Assembly (NCBI GenBank): GCA_035550315.1
Contig: DASZPL010000139.1
Location: 11,812 to 75,811 of the forward strand
DNA from: Mycobacteriales bacterium
Lineage (GTDB): Bacteria > Actinomycetota > Actinomycetes > JAFAQI01
Direction of reading: 5' to 3'
DNA: 64,000 nt
Below, piece after piece: positions 19,192-28,246 of the stretch. The position numbers were made by a program, and so were the translations under genes. The notes beneath the pieces are model-generated. The model saw only the letters and a program-made list of their open reading frames with translations. It did no database searches and was not told where the DNA came from. Within the stretch, counting starts at the first letter, position 1. Every line of letters begins with the position of its first letter.

Positions 19192-20265
19192 GTGACGATT
19201 GCGGACAGCGACCGGCTGGACCAGCTTGCGCAGGTCTGGCAGTGGTTCGGCAACGACGCGTCGCCGACGTCGCCGATCTACGGCGCGATCTGCGAAGCGG
19301 TCGCGACCGACCGCGAGCTGCTCGGCCTCGTGCTGGAAACGCCCCCTGAGGCTCACCTGCCGCCGCTGTTGCTGACCGCCGTCCACTACCTGCTGCTCGC
19401 TGACCCGGATCAGCCGCTGCGCGCCGTCTATGCCGGCCGTTCCGACGCCGACCCGGCGCCGCTGTTTCGCGACATCTGTCTCGACCGGCGCGACGAGATC
19501 CAGCAACTGATGCGCACCCGGCGAATCCAGACCAACGAGGTGCGCCGGAGCACCCTCATCGCCCCGTGCCTGTCGTGGGCCGCCGACCGCTACGGCGAGC
19601 CGGTCGCGTTGGTCGACGTGGGTTGCAGCGCCGGGCTGAACCTCTACTGCGACCGCTACCTGCTCGACTACGGCGACCGGGGCACGACCGGCCCGCCCGA
19701 CAGCGCGATCCGGCTGTCCTGCCGAGTGACCGGCGGCGAGCCGCCGATCAGGAGCGAACTGCCACCGATCGTCCACCGGATCGGCGTCGACCTCGAGCCA
19801 CCGGACCTGACCGATCCGGCAGATGTCCGCTGGCTGCTCGCCTGCGTCTGGCCGGGGACCGGGCGGTTCGGCCACACCGAGCGCGCGATCGCGGCCGCCC
19901 AGCCGCAGCCGCCACCGGTGGTCGCCGGTGACGCGATCGCGCTGCTGCCGCAGCTGCTGCGCGACGTGCCGGCGGAGGCCGGCCTGGTCTGCGTGTTGAC
20001 GACCTGGGCGTTCTCCTACTTCTCGTCCGCCGATCGCGACCGCTTCATCGGGATTCTCACCGAAGTGGCCGACCGGCGACCGCTGGTGTGGCTGGCCGGC
20101 GACGTGCTCGGCAGCGTGCCGCTCGACGTGCTGCCTCCCGCAGCAGCCGGGACGCCGTTGTCCGGGCACGTCATGACGGCGGGGACCTGGGAGGGCGGCG
20201 TGCTCTCAACCAGCTTGCTCGCGAAGGTGCAGCACCACGGCGAATGGCTCGACTGGCTGATCTGA
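19192..20265 (+). CDS. DUF2332-family protein
   Basis: Blocks LLLTAVHYLLL, VALVDVGCSAGLNL, VCVLTTWAFSYF match my recollection of DUF2332. Start moved to GTG 19192, 7 nt after a GGAGG (the track start 19165 lacks an SD). Paralog at 28784..29863. Confidence 0.7.
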   Translation: MTIADSDRLDQLAQVWQWFGNDASPTSPIYGAICEAVATDRELLGLVLETPPEAHLPPLLLTAVHYLLLADPDQPLRAVYAGRSDADPAPLFRDICLDRRDEIQQLMRTRRIQTNEVRRSTLIAPCLSWAADRYGEPVALVDVGCSAGLNLYCDRYLLDYGDRGTTGPPDSAIRLSCRVTGGEPPIRSELPPIVHRIGVDLEPPDLTDPADVRWLLACVWPGTGRFGHTERAIAAAQPQPPPVVAGDAIALLPQLLRDVPAEAGLVCVLTTWAFSYFSSADRDRFIGILTEVADRRPLVWLAGDVLGSVPLDVLPPAAAGTPLSGHVMTAGTWEGGVLSTSLLAKVQHHGEWLDWLI

Positions 20266-20270
20266 CCATC

Positions 20271-20714
20271 TCAGCGCTGCCGGTTCAGGCTGCCCCAGGA
20301 GCCTTCCTGCTCGTCGACCAAGCGGGTCGCCTCCTCGACGACGTCGAGGGCCAGCCAGGCGAGCGGTTCCTCGCACACGACGAGCGGTTCGTTGTCCGGC
20401 CCGCGGGCGACCTCGTGACCGGCGAGCACCCACGGCCGCACTCCCGACCCGCGCACCTCGCGCAGATGCCGGTAGTCGTAGAGCCGGCGGGCTGCCCATA
20501 GCCGGACGCTGCGGCCCTCCCACCACGACTCGACCGCCAGCGGGCTGGCCGACAGGCCGGGCAGCGGCACGCCGGTCAGCTCGTCGTAGCTCTCCATCCG
20601 GTGGTCGTACGCCGGCCCCCGCGACCAGCGGACGTAGACGTCGTCGCGGCGCTCGATCAGCTCGGCGACCTCGTCGAGGCTGCCGATGGTTCGGAGATCC
20701 TGCGTCATCTCCAC
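20271..20714 (-). CDS. Conserved hypothetical protein (147 aa)
   Basis: Clean coding-like composition (MEMTQDLRTIGSLDEVAELIERRDDVYVRWSRGP...). Possibly a DUF6098-type protein, from unverified recollection. Confidence 0.55.
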   Translation of the reverse strand: MEMTQDLRTIGSLDEVAELIERRDDVYVRWSRGPAYDHRMESYDELTGVPLPGLSASPLAVESWWEGRSVRLWAARRLYDYRHLREVRGSGVRPWVLAGHEVARGPDNEPLVVCEEPLAWLALDVVEEATRLVDEQEGSWGSLNRQR

Positions 20715-20763
20715 GACGAGTGCTCTGCCCCTCCCAGGCTGGTACGCGCGGTCGGCCGGGCCG

Positions 20764-21315
20764 CTACGCGAACTGGTCGACCATCGCCTCGCAGAACGCC
20801 TTGAGGTCGTCCGGCTTGCGGCTGCTCACCAGGGTGTTCGGCCCGGCGGTGCAGACGACCACTTCCTCGTCGACCCAGGTGCCGCCGGCGTTACGGATGT
20901 CGGTCTGCACGCTCGGCCAACTGGTCAACGTCCGGTCCCGGACGACGTCGGCCTCGACCAGCGTCCATGGCCCGTGACAGATCACCGCGACCGGCTTGCC
21001 GTCGGTGAAGAACGACTTGGCGAACGCGACGGCCGCGTCCACGGTCCGCAACTGGTCCGGGTTGGCAACGCCGCCGGGAAGCACCAACGCGTCGTAGTCG
21101 GCGGCGTTGGCGTCGTCGACGGTCACGTCGACGTCGAATTGGTCGGCCTTGTCGAGATGGTTGAACGCCTGCACCTTGCCGGCTTCGGGCGCGACCAGCT
21201 TCGGCGTACCGCCCGCTTGTTCTACGGCCTTCCAGGGCTCAACCAGCTCGACCTGCTCGATGCCCTCGGTCGCAACCAGAAACGCGATCGTCTTGCCGGT
21301 CAGTTCTGCTGCCAT
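20764..21315 (-). CDS. DJ-1/PfpI-family (type 1 glutamine amidotransferase-like) protein
   Basis: 183 aa. Nucleophile elbow PVAVICHGPW, and the LVLPGG motif. Confidence 0.9.
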   Translation of the reverse strand: MAAELTGKTIAFLVATEGIEQVELVEPWKAVEQAGGTPKLVAPEAGKVQAFNHLDKADQFDVDVTVDDANAADYDALVLPGGVANPDQLRTVDAAVAFAKSFFTDGKPVAVICHGPWTLVEADVVRDRTLTSWPSVQTDIRNAGGTWVDEEVVVCTAGPNTLVSSRKPDDLKAFCEAMVDQFA

Positions 21316-21338
21316 CGGTCCTCCGTTCGCGTGCTCGG

Positions 21339-21767
21339 TCAGCCGAGCGGTGGCTCGTCGGTCTCGTGCATGGCGCGTTCCTCAGCGGTGTAGCCGCCGC
21401 CATCCGCGCCGACGTCCTCCGCCCATGAGTCCTGCTCCTTGTTGGTGCCACCCTCGCGGCTTTCAGCGAACCGGCCGGTCTGCTCTTCTTCATCGGCCGG
21501 ATAGGGATCGTCGTCAGTGGGACGCCGCCGCTGGCGATCGGGCTGCTCGCGGCGCAGCCGGTCGTCGAGTGGCTCGCGGTCGCGCGTCTCCGCGGCCGTC
21601 GTACCAAACTCGTCGGCGGCGATCGGATAGTCGCGTGGCACGGCGTAGTCCTCTTGCGCATCGCCGGTGATCACCTTGCTCGGAAGCGCGCCGGAGTGGT
21701 CCGGGATGCCTTCGTCCTCGAGTTCCGAACCGGGATCGGGCTCGCGCGAATCGGGTGGCACGGTCAT
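21339..21767 (-). CDS. Acidic hypothetical protein (DUF5709-like)
   Basis: 142 aa, very Asp/Glu-rich and disordered-looking. Sits directly upstream of DJ-1/PfpI. Family assignment is from memory only. Confidence 0.5.
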   Translation of the reverse strand: MTVPPDSREPDPGSELEDEGIPDHSGALPSKVITGDAQEDYAVPRDYPIAADEFGTTAAETRDREPLDDRLRREQPDRQRRRPTDDDPYPADEEEQTGRFAESREGGTNKEQDSWAEDVGADGGGYTAEERAMHETDEPPLG

Positions 21768-21813
21768 ACCAAGACCCTTCCCGAGGCACCCCGTGAAAAA
21801 CGCGGGGTGCGGC

Positions 21814-22809
21814 TCAGTCGGGTCGGCGTTCGCGCGCCCGGCGCATCTCCTCGCGGTGCTCGTGCGCGACCTTGCGCCACTGCTCGGCGTGTTCGCGGCG
21901 CAGCCGGCGCGTCTCCTCCTGCCACCGGCGCCGCAGCTCCGGGTCGTCCTTCCAGGACGCGCGGTCGGCGCCGGGATGCTGGTGCTGGAAGTCGCGCCAC
22001 AACCCCCGTGCTTGGCGAAGCGCGCTGGCGACCTGCTTGCCGGCTCGTTGCGCGGCCTCGGCCGCCGCCTTCAGCTGCTCCCGGCTTCCCGCACCCTGAA
22101 CCATCACCGCGAACGCCCACAGCCCGGCGTTGACCAGCTTGGCCGCCCGGTGCACCTCGTCGGTCGTCTGCTCGATGACAAGGTCGACGTCATCGCTGTC
22201 GGCGGCATGGCGGCGTAGCGCTTGGAACTGGACCTGCCAGAGCCCGAGCATGGCGTACGCCGCGACCTTCGGCTCCGGGTCGTCCGGGCTGACGCCTGCG
22301 CGGGCCGCCATCGCCTCGGCGGCGACGCCGACCAGCCGGTCCATCATGTCGTGCTGGGCGGCGCGCAGCGACGGTGTGCTGTCGATCAGAGCCGTGAACT
22401 GCCGAAACATCGGCAGCGCAACCGGGCCGCGGCCGGTGTCGGTCTGACTCCACGCGGCGCGCAGCGATTCGAGGTCCTGCGCCAGCACGTCGAGCATCGC
22501 GTCAACCGGCGAACGCGCCGGCGCGTCGGGGCCAAGGGCTGCGCGGATCGCCTCCGCCATATCGGCCTCGCGGTCGAGAAGCAACGACTCCTTGGTCGGG
22601 AAGTAGTTGTAGATCGTCTTCTCGGAGACACCGCATGCGTCGGCGACCTCGCTCACCCGCACGGCGTCGAAGCCACGGATCAGAAACATCTCGGTCGCGG
22701 TGTTAGAGATGAGCTCGCGGGTCAGCCGCTTCTTGCGTTCGCGCAGGCCCTCGCGCACCTCGTCACCAGAACCGCGGTCATTTGGGCCGGGGTCATCGGG
22801 GCCTGGCAT
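21814..22809 (-). CDS. TetR-family transcriptional regulator with long C-terminal extension
   Basis: HTH block RKKRLTRELISNTATEMFLIRGFDAVRVSEVADACGVSEKTIYNYFPTKESLL. Start set at ATG 22809 (the track TTG 22845 lies in the AT-rich promoter region). Divergent from the ABC exporter. Confidence 0.85.
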   Translation of the reverse strand: MPGPDDPGPNDRGSGDEVREGLRERKKRLTRELISNTATEMFLIRGFDAVRVSEVADACGVSEKTIYNYFPTKESLLLDREADMAEAIRAALGPDAPARSPVDAMLDVLAQDLESLRAAWSQTDTGRGPVALPMFRQFTALIDSTPSLRAAQHDMMDRLVGVAAEAMAARAGVSPDDPEPKVAAYAMLGLWQVQFQALRRHAADSDDVDLVIEQTTDEVHRAAKLVNAGLWAFAVMVQGAGSREQLKAAAEAAQRAGKQVASALRQARGLWRDFQHQHPGADRASWKDDPELRRRWQEETRRLRREHAEQWRKVAHEHREEMRRARERRPD

Positions 22810-22833
22810 GTATCCAGGATATCGCGGGGAAAA

Positions 22834-22863
22834 TACAGTTGCCAAATCTTTCTAGTCACTGTA
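22834..22863. promoter_or_regulatory. AT-rich divergent promoter with inverted repeat TACAGT-N18-ACTGTA
   Basis: The 66-bp gap between TetR (22809) and the ABC ATPase (22876) is conspicuously AT-rich for this genome and carries 6-bp inverted arms. Operator role is inferred. Confidence 0.35.
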
Positions 22864-22875
22864 AGTTCCCGATTC

Positions 22876-23850
22876 ATGACCCCAGACCTCGCCGTCCTGA
22901 CCGACGGCCTCACCAAGCGCTTCGGCGACCTCGTCGCCGTCGACCACGTCGACCTGGCGATCCCGGCCGGCACGGTAGCGGCGTTGCTCGGCCCGAACGG
23001 CGCCGGTAAGACCACCACCGTCCGCATGCTGGCCACGTTGTCGGCCCCGACCAGCGGGTCCGCGACGGTCTGCGGCTACGACGTCGTCCGTCACGCGGAC
23101 GCGGTCCGCAACGTGCTGTCGCTGACCGGCCAGTTCGCCGCACTGGAGGCGAACCTCACGCCGCGGGAGAACCTGGCGTTGATGGCCGGGCTCCGCGGCT
23201 ACGGCCGCGGCGCCGCCGCGCGGATCGCCGACCGACTGATCGACCGGTTCGACATCGGCGAGTTCCGCGACAAGCAGGTCAAGAACATTTCCGGCGGGCA
23301 GCGCCGGCGGGTGGACCTCGCGGCGAGCCTCGTGACCCAGCCGCAGCTGCTCGTGCTGGACGAGCCGACCACCGGGCTGGATCCCCGCAGCCGGCAGGTG
23401 GTGTGGTCGACCGTCCGCGAGCTGGTCGCCGAAGGCGTCACCTTGCTGCTGACCACGCAATACCTCGAGGAAGCCGACGAGCTCGCCGACAGCATCGTGC
23501 TGATCGACCATGGCCGGGCCGTCGCCACCGGCACGCCCGCCGACCTGAAGGCGAGGATCGGTGACCACCGGGTCGACGTCGTCGCCACCGACGCCGCCGG
23601 CCTGCACCAGCTGAACGCCGCCCTCGATCCGTCCTTCGAGCTGACCGTCGCCGTCGAGCGCCGGATGCTGTCGATCCCCGCGCCCCGGGAGGCGGCCGAC
23701 CTGTCCCGGGTCGCCGACGCGGTCGCGGCCACCGGCGTACCCGTCGACGAAGTCGCATTACGCCGGCCAACGCTCGACGACGCGTTCCTCGCCCTGACCG
23801 GCCAAGCGCCGGCGGAAGACTTCGCTTCGCAGGAGGCCGTCCCCGCATGA
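22876..23850 (+). CDS. ABC transporter ATP-binding protein (DrrA-like)
   Basis: Internal ATG 22876 of ORF 22222.. (MTPDLAVLTDGLTKRFG...). Walker A GPNGAGKTT, signature ISGGQRRR, Walker B LLVLDEPT. Confidence 0.9.
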   Translation: MTPDLAVLTDGLTKRFGDLVAVDHVDLAIPAGTVAALLGPNGAGKTTTVRMLATLSAPTSGSATVCGYDVVRHADAVRNVLSLTGQFAALEANLTPRENLALMAGLRGYGRGAAARIADRLIDRFDIGEFRDKQVKNISGGQRRRVDLAASLVTQPQLLVLDEPTTGLDPRSRQVVWSTVRELVAEGVTLLLTTQYLEEADELADSIVLIDHGRAVATGTPADLKARIGDHRVDVVATDAAGLHQLNAALDPSFELTVAVERRMLSIPAPREAADLSRVADAVAATGVPVDEVALRRPTLDDAFLALTGQAPAEDFASQEAVPA

Positions 23851-24707
23851 CCGACATCGCCGTCCCCTACTCCGCGCCCGTCGGCCGCGGCCACCATGAG
23901 CCGCTGCCCGCACGGCCGAGCCGCCCGGCGCGCTACCTGCGCGAGACCGCGCTGCTCGTGCGCCGCAGCCTGCGCACGATTCCGCGGGTGCCGGAACGCC
24001 TCAGTGACGTCACGATCCAGCCGGTCGTGTTCACGTTGCTGTTCCTCTACGTGTTCGGCTCCGCCATCCACATCCCGGGCATGCGCTACCAGGACTACCT
24101 GCTGCCGGGACTGATCGGTCAGAGCCTGGCCTTCGGCGTCGTCGGCGCCGGCGTCGCGACGTCGACCGACTTCACCACCGGCGTGATCGACCGGTTCCGC
24201 TCGCTGCCGGTGACCCGGCTCGCGGTGATCACCGCACAGGTGGTCGGGCAGATCCTCGAGCAGATCCTGGGCCTCGCCATCGTGATCGCGATCGGGCTCG
24301 GCCTGGGGTGGCGACCGGATCTCAGCGTCACCGGCGGCTTCGAGCTGGCCGGGTTGATGCTGCTCGGTCTGACCGCCTTCACCTGGTTCGGCGTCCTGAT
24401 GGGGATGCTGGTCCGCAGTTCCGACGCGATGCAGGGCCTGGGCTTCGCGGTAGTGTTCCCGCTGTCGTTCCTCGCCGGCACGTTCGTGCCGATCGAAGGG
24501 ATGAAGACGGTGCCGCGGGTGATCGGTGAATGGGACCCGCTGTCGTCGTTCGTCGCCGCGGTTCGCCACATCAGCCAGGGCACCGACGCCCACGGATCGT
24601 GGCAGTTGACCCACCCGGAGATCGCGATGGTCGGCTGGTGCCTGCTGGTGATCGCGATCTGCGTGCCGCTGGCACTGCATCGGTTCCGCTCGATGGCCGC
24701 GAGCTAG
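23847..24707 (+). CDS. ABC-2-type transporter permease (DrrB-like)
   Basis: 286 aa with about 6 hydrophobic segments. ATGA overlap with the ATPase gene. Confidence 0.85.
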   Translation: MTDIAVPYSAPVGRGHHEPLPARPSRPARYLRETALLVRRSLRTIPRVPERLSDVTIQPVVFTLLFLYVFGSAIHIPGMRYQDYLLPGLIGQSLAFGVVGAGVATSTDFTTGVIDRFRSLPVTRLAVITAQVVGQILEQILGLAIVIAIGLGLGWRPDLSVTGGFELAGLMLLGLTAFTWFGVLMGMLVRSSDAMQGLGFAVVFPLSFLAGTFVPIEGMKTVPRVIGEWDPLSSFVAAVRHISQGTDAHGSWQLTHPEIAMVGWCLLVIAICVPLALHRFRSMAAS

Positions 24708-24729
24708 GCGACGCGAGGAACGCCGCCGG

Positions 24730-25926
24730 TCAGTCCGGCGGGAGCACAACCTCCGGCAGCGGATGGCGGTAGAGCGCCGCGGCGTTCTCGCAGCAGATCT
24801 GGCGCAGCTCGCCCGGCGGCAGGTGACCCCACGCCGCTTCGATGACGTCCTGAGTGTCGGGCCACGTGCTGTCACCGTGCGGGTAGTCGACCTCGACCAT
24901 GATGTTCTCGACGCCGATCCGGTAGCGGGTGTCGATGGTTGACGGGTCGTCGAGCGTGCAGAACCAGAAGTTGCGGGTCAGCACCTCGGCGGGCCGGATG
25001 TCCCAGCCCAAGCCGTAGCCGGACCGGTCGACGATGTTGTCCAGCCGGTCGAGCAGCATCGCCACCCAGCCGATCCCGCCCTCGCTCATCGCGATCTTCA
25101 ACGGCGGGTGCTGCAGCGGGTAGCCGGACCACAACCATTCGGCGCATGCCCCGAGTGACTGCTGGCCGAACAGCGTCGCGACCAGTTGCACCGCGGGCGA
25201 CCCGGGCGGCGGCATCGGCATCCCGGAGCTGCCGACATGCAGCGAGATCACGGTGTCGGTCTCGACGCAGGCCTCGATGATCGGGTCCCAGTGCTCGCGC
25301 TGCCACAACGACGGCAGACCCAGCTCGTGCGGGCGCTCGGGCAACGTGACCGAGGCGAAACCCCGCGCGGCGTTCCGCCGGATCTCGGCCGCCGCCAGCT
25401 GCGGGTCGCTGAGATAGGTAATGCCGAGCGGGACGATGCGCTGCGGGTACGCCGAGTACCACTCGTCGTACAGCCAGTCGTTCCAGGCCCGCACGCACGC
25501 CAGGCCGAGCTCCCGGTCGTCAACCGACGAGAGCACCCGGCCGGAGAACCCGGTGATCTGCGACGGAAAGCTCACCGACGCCCAGATGCCGGCGAGGTCC
25601 ATGTCCTTAACCCGCTCGCGCACGTCGTAGCAGCCCGGACGCATCTGGTCGAAGCGAAACGGCTCCATGGTCACCGTCTCCGGGCGGCGGCCCGCGACCG
25701 CGTTCATGCCGACCTGGGTGTAGCGCTTGCCTTCGAATTCCCAGACCTGATGGCCGGACCGGGTTTCGACGATCCGTGGGGCGCGGTCGGCGAGCGCGGC
25801 AGGCATCCGGCCCACGAAAGTGTTTGGCGGCTCGACAACGTGGTCATCGACGGAGATGACGGTGTAGCGCACCCGGCGGGGCTCAGGCTCCGGCAGAAAG
25901 AGAGTGGTGTCGAGTTCGAGGGTCAT
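24730..25926 (-). CDS. Amidohydrolase_2 (ACMSD-like) metal-dependent hydrolase/decarboxylase
   Basis: VISVDDHVVEP, MRPGCYD, LHVGSS, SEGGIGW, EVDYPHGDSTWP. Clear paralog of 6968..8236. ATG 25926 is the second codon of the track ORF, whose first codon is TTG. Confidence 0.85.
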   Translation of the reverse strand: MTLELDTTLFLPEPEPRRVRYTVISVDDHVVEPPNTFVGRMPAALADRAPRIVETRSGHQVWEFEGKRYTQVGMNAVAGRRPETVTMEPFRFDQMRPGCYDVRERVKDMDLAGIWASVSFPSQITGFSGRVLSSVDDRELGLACVRAWNDWLYDEWYSAYPQRIVPLGITYLSDPQLAAAEIRRNAARGFASVTLPERPHELGLPSLWQREHWDPIIEACVETDTVISLHVGSSGMPMPPPGSPAVQLVATLFGQQSLGACAEWLWSGYPLQHPPLKIAMSEGGIGWVAMLLDRLDNIVDRSGYGLGWDIRPAEVLTRNFWFCTLDDPSTIDTRYRIGVENIMVEVDYPHGDSTWPDTQDVIEAAWGHLPPGELRQICCENAAALYRHPLPEVVLPPD

Positions 25927-26061
25927 CAAATCCGTCCCGCCTGCCTACCCCGCTCAGGGTATCGGCGGCGGACCGCCGCGCGATGCGAGACTTCGTCGGT
26001 GACCACAGACGAGTGTCCGCCGGCCAGCGCGGCCGGCGGCATCGACTGGAGGCCTGACGAG

Positions 26062-28221
26062 ATGTTCCGACTGGCCGAGACGCCGGAAGCCGTGACCGCG
26101 GCGCGTCGCTTCGTGGTCGAGCGGGCGACCGCGAACGGCGCCGAGGCACTGTCGGCCGATGCCGCGATGGTCGCGGCTGAGCTGCTCGCGAACGCCCGGC
26201 AGCACGGCCTGCCACCCGTCGTCGTACGCACCCACGCCGAGCCCGGCCTGGTGCGGATCGAAGTGCAGGACGCGAACCCGCACCCACCGATCCGTCCGAC
26301 GCCGAGCCTGAGCAACATGACCGGTCGCGGCATCGTGCTGGTCGAGGCGGTGGCGAGCGACTGGGGCACCCGGCGCGAGCCCGGCGGCGGCAAGACGGTG
26401 TGGGCCGAGCTGCGCAGCGACCATCGGGTGCCGCACGCCCAGCGAACCGTGTCGGTCGACGACGACCCAACGACCGGCTGGCCGGACGACGCCGACGAGG
26501 CGGAGCCGCGCTTCACGATCGTCCTCGGCGACGTACCAACCGAGCTACTCATCGAAGCCAAGGCTCACATCGACAACCTGGTGCGAGAGTTCACCCTGGC
26601 CGCCGCCGGTGAACCGGCCGGCGTGGCGGTGCCGAAGCACCTGGCTGAGCTAATCGAGACCGTCGTGCACGGCTTCGCCGAGGCCCGCACCGCGATCAAG
26701 CGGCAGGCACTCGCCGCGGCCAGCCGCGGTGAGGTCCGCACCCGGCTGACGCTGCAGCTGCCGGTGTCGGCGGCGGAGACCGGCGAGGCGTATCTCGCCG
26801 CGCTCGACGAGGCAGACGGCTACGCCCGGGCCGGCCGGCTGCTCACCCTCGAGACGCCACCCGAACACCGGCTGTTCCGACGGTGGTACGTCGAGGCGGT
26901 CATCACGCAGCTACGACAAGCCGCGGCTGGCCTGCTGCCGTCACCGGTCGTTCCGTTCGAGCAGCGACTGCTCGACGAGGTACGCCGGCTGTCGATCGCG
27001 CAGCTGGACAGTGACCGGGCGGCGCGGCTGCAGCGGGTGACGGCGGCATTGGTCCGCGCGACGACCCCGGAGGACGTCGCGGCCGTGGTCGTCTCGCAGG
27101 GCGTCGCGGTGCTAGGCGCTTCGGGCGGCAGCTTGCTCGTGCTCTCCGAGGACGGCGAGCACCTGGCCGTGCCCGGGGCAGTCGGCTACGGCGAGGACTT
27201 GGTCAGCCAGTTGCGGGAAGAACTCCCCAGTGCGCAGCTGCCGGCAGCGACCGCACTGCGCACCGGCGAGCCGGTGTGGCTCGAGTCGCCGGAGGACTTC
27301 GACGCGGCGTTCTCCGAGCTTCGGACGTTCGAGCCGCAGTCCGCCGCGCTCTGCGCCGTACCGCTGATGGTCGCCGGCACGCCGGTCGGCGCACTGCGGT
27401 TCAGCTTCGAGACGCCGAAGCTTTTCGACGAGGACGAGCGGACCTTCGTGCTCGCGCTCGCCGCGCAGACCGCCCAGACGCTGCACCGTGCTGAGATCTT
27501 CGAGGCGGAACGGCAGGCGGCGCTGGACCTGCAACGCGAGCTGCTGCCGGAGGAGATCCCGACGATCCCGGGCTGGGACATCGCCGCGCACTACAGCCCA
27601 GCAGACGGGCAAGAGGTCGGCGGTGACTTCTACGACGTCATCGCGCTGTCGGACGGCCGGGTGGCCGCCGTCGTGGGCGACGTCATGGGCCGAGGCGTGC
27701 GGGCAGCCGCCGCCATGGCCCGGATCCGCTCCACCATTCGCGCCTACGTGCTCGACGATCCCGACCCCTCGCGAGTCGCCGAAAAGCTCGACTATTACTT
27801 CGCCGAGCTCGAGCTGGGCCAGTTCGTCACTGTCATCTACTTCCTGGTCCTCCCGGAGAGCGACTTCGTCCGGGTCGTCAACGCCGGCCACCTGCCGCCG
27901 GTCTTGGTGACAGCCTGGGGCAGCGAGCTGGTCGACACCTCGGTCGGGCTTCCGTTCGGGGTCGGCGGGGACACCCGAGCGGTTTCCGAGGTGGCGCTTC
28001 CGCCCGGCGCGGCTCTCGTGGCGATCACGGACGGCCTGGTGGAGCGGCGCGGCGAAGACATGGACGAAGGCATGGACCGGGTCCTTCGCGCGGTCAGCGA
28101 GCGGACCTATCGGCACGCGCACGACATCCTGACCGACATCGTCGGGTCCAGTCCGGCCGGGTCCGGCCACGATGACGACGTCACGGTCGTCGTGTTGCAA
28201 CGCCGGGAGTCGACCCGATAG
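26062..28221 (+). CDS. SpoIIE/PP2C-family phosphatase with N-terminal RsbW-like HATPase and central GAF-like region
   Basis: Internal ATG 26062 of ORF 25186... N-terminus ELLANARQHG...GRGIVLVEAVASDWG is anti-sigma kinase-like. C-terminus GGDFYDV, GDVMGRG, ITDGLVE is PP2C. An upstream GTG near 25999 is an alternative start. Confidence 0.85.
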   Translation: MFRLAETPEAVTAARRFVVERATANGAEALSADAAMVAAELLANARQHGLPPVVVRTHAEPGLVRIEVQDANPHPPIRPTPSLSNMTGRGIVLVEAVASDWGTRREPGGGKTVWAELRSDHRVPHAQRTVSVDDDPTTGWPDDADEAEPRFTIVLGDVPTELLIEAKAHIDNLVREFTLAAAGEPAGVAVPKHLAELIETVVHGFAEARTAIKRQALAAASRGEVRTRLTLQLPVSAAETGEAYLAALDEADGYARAGRLLTLETPPEHRLFRRWYVEAVITQLRQAAAGLLPSPVVPFEQRLLDEVRRLSIAQLDSDRAARLQRVTAALVRATTPEDVAAVVVSQGVAVLGASGGSLLVLSEDGEHLAVPGAVGYGEDLVSQLREELPSAQLPAATALRTGEPVWLESPEDFDAAFSELRTFEPQSAALCAVPLMVAGTPVGALRFSFETPKLFDEDERTFVLALAAQTAQTLHRAEIFEAERQAALDLQRELLPEEIPTIPGWDIAAHYSPADGQEVGGDFYDVIALSDGRVAAVVGDVMGRGVRAAAAMARIRSTIRAYVLDDPDPSRVAEKLDYYFAELELGQFVTVIYFLVLPESDFVRVVNAGHLPPVLVTAWGSELVDTSVGLPFGVGGDTRAVSEVALPPGAALVAITDGLVERRGEDMDEGMDRVLRAVSERTYRHAHDILTDIVGSSPAGSGHDDDVTVVVLQRRESTR

Positions 28222-28246
28222 CGGGTCGGCTGTCTAAAGTCAGGCG

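Noticed and set aside
25965-25977. Palindrome CGGCGG-A-CCGCCG upstream of the PP2C gene, and GC-only hairpins around 51575-51620
   Set aside because: These are composed purely of CGG/CCG repeats of the kind that arise frequently in this composition. They have no supporting context such as an adjacent regulator or positional logic.
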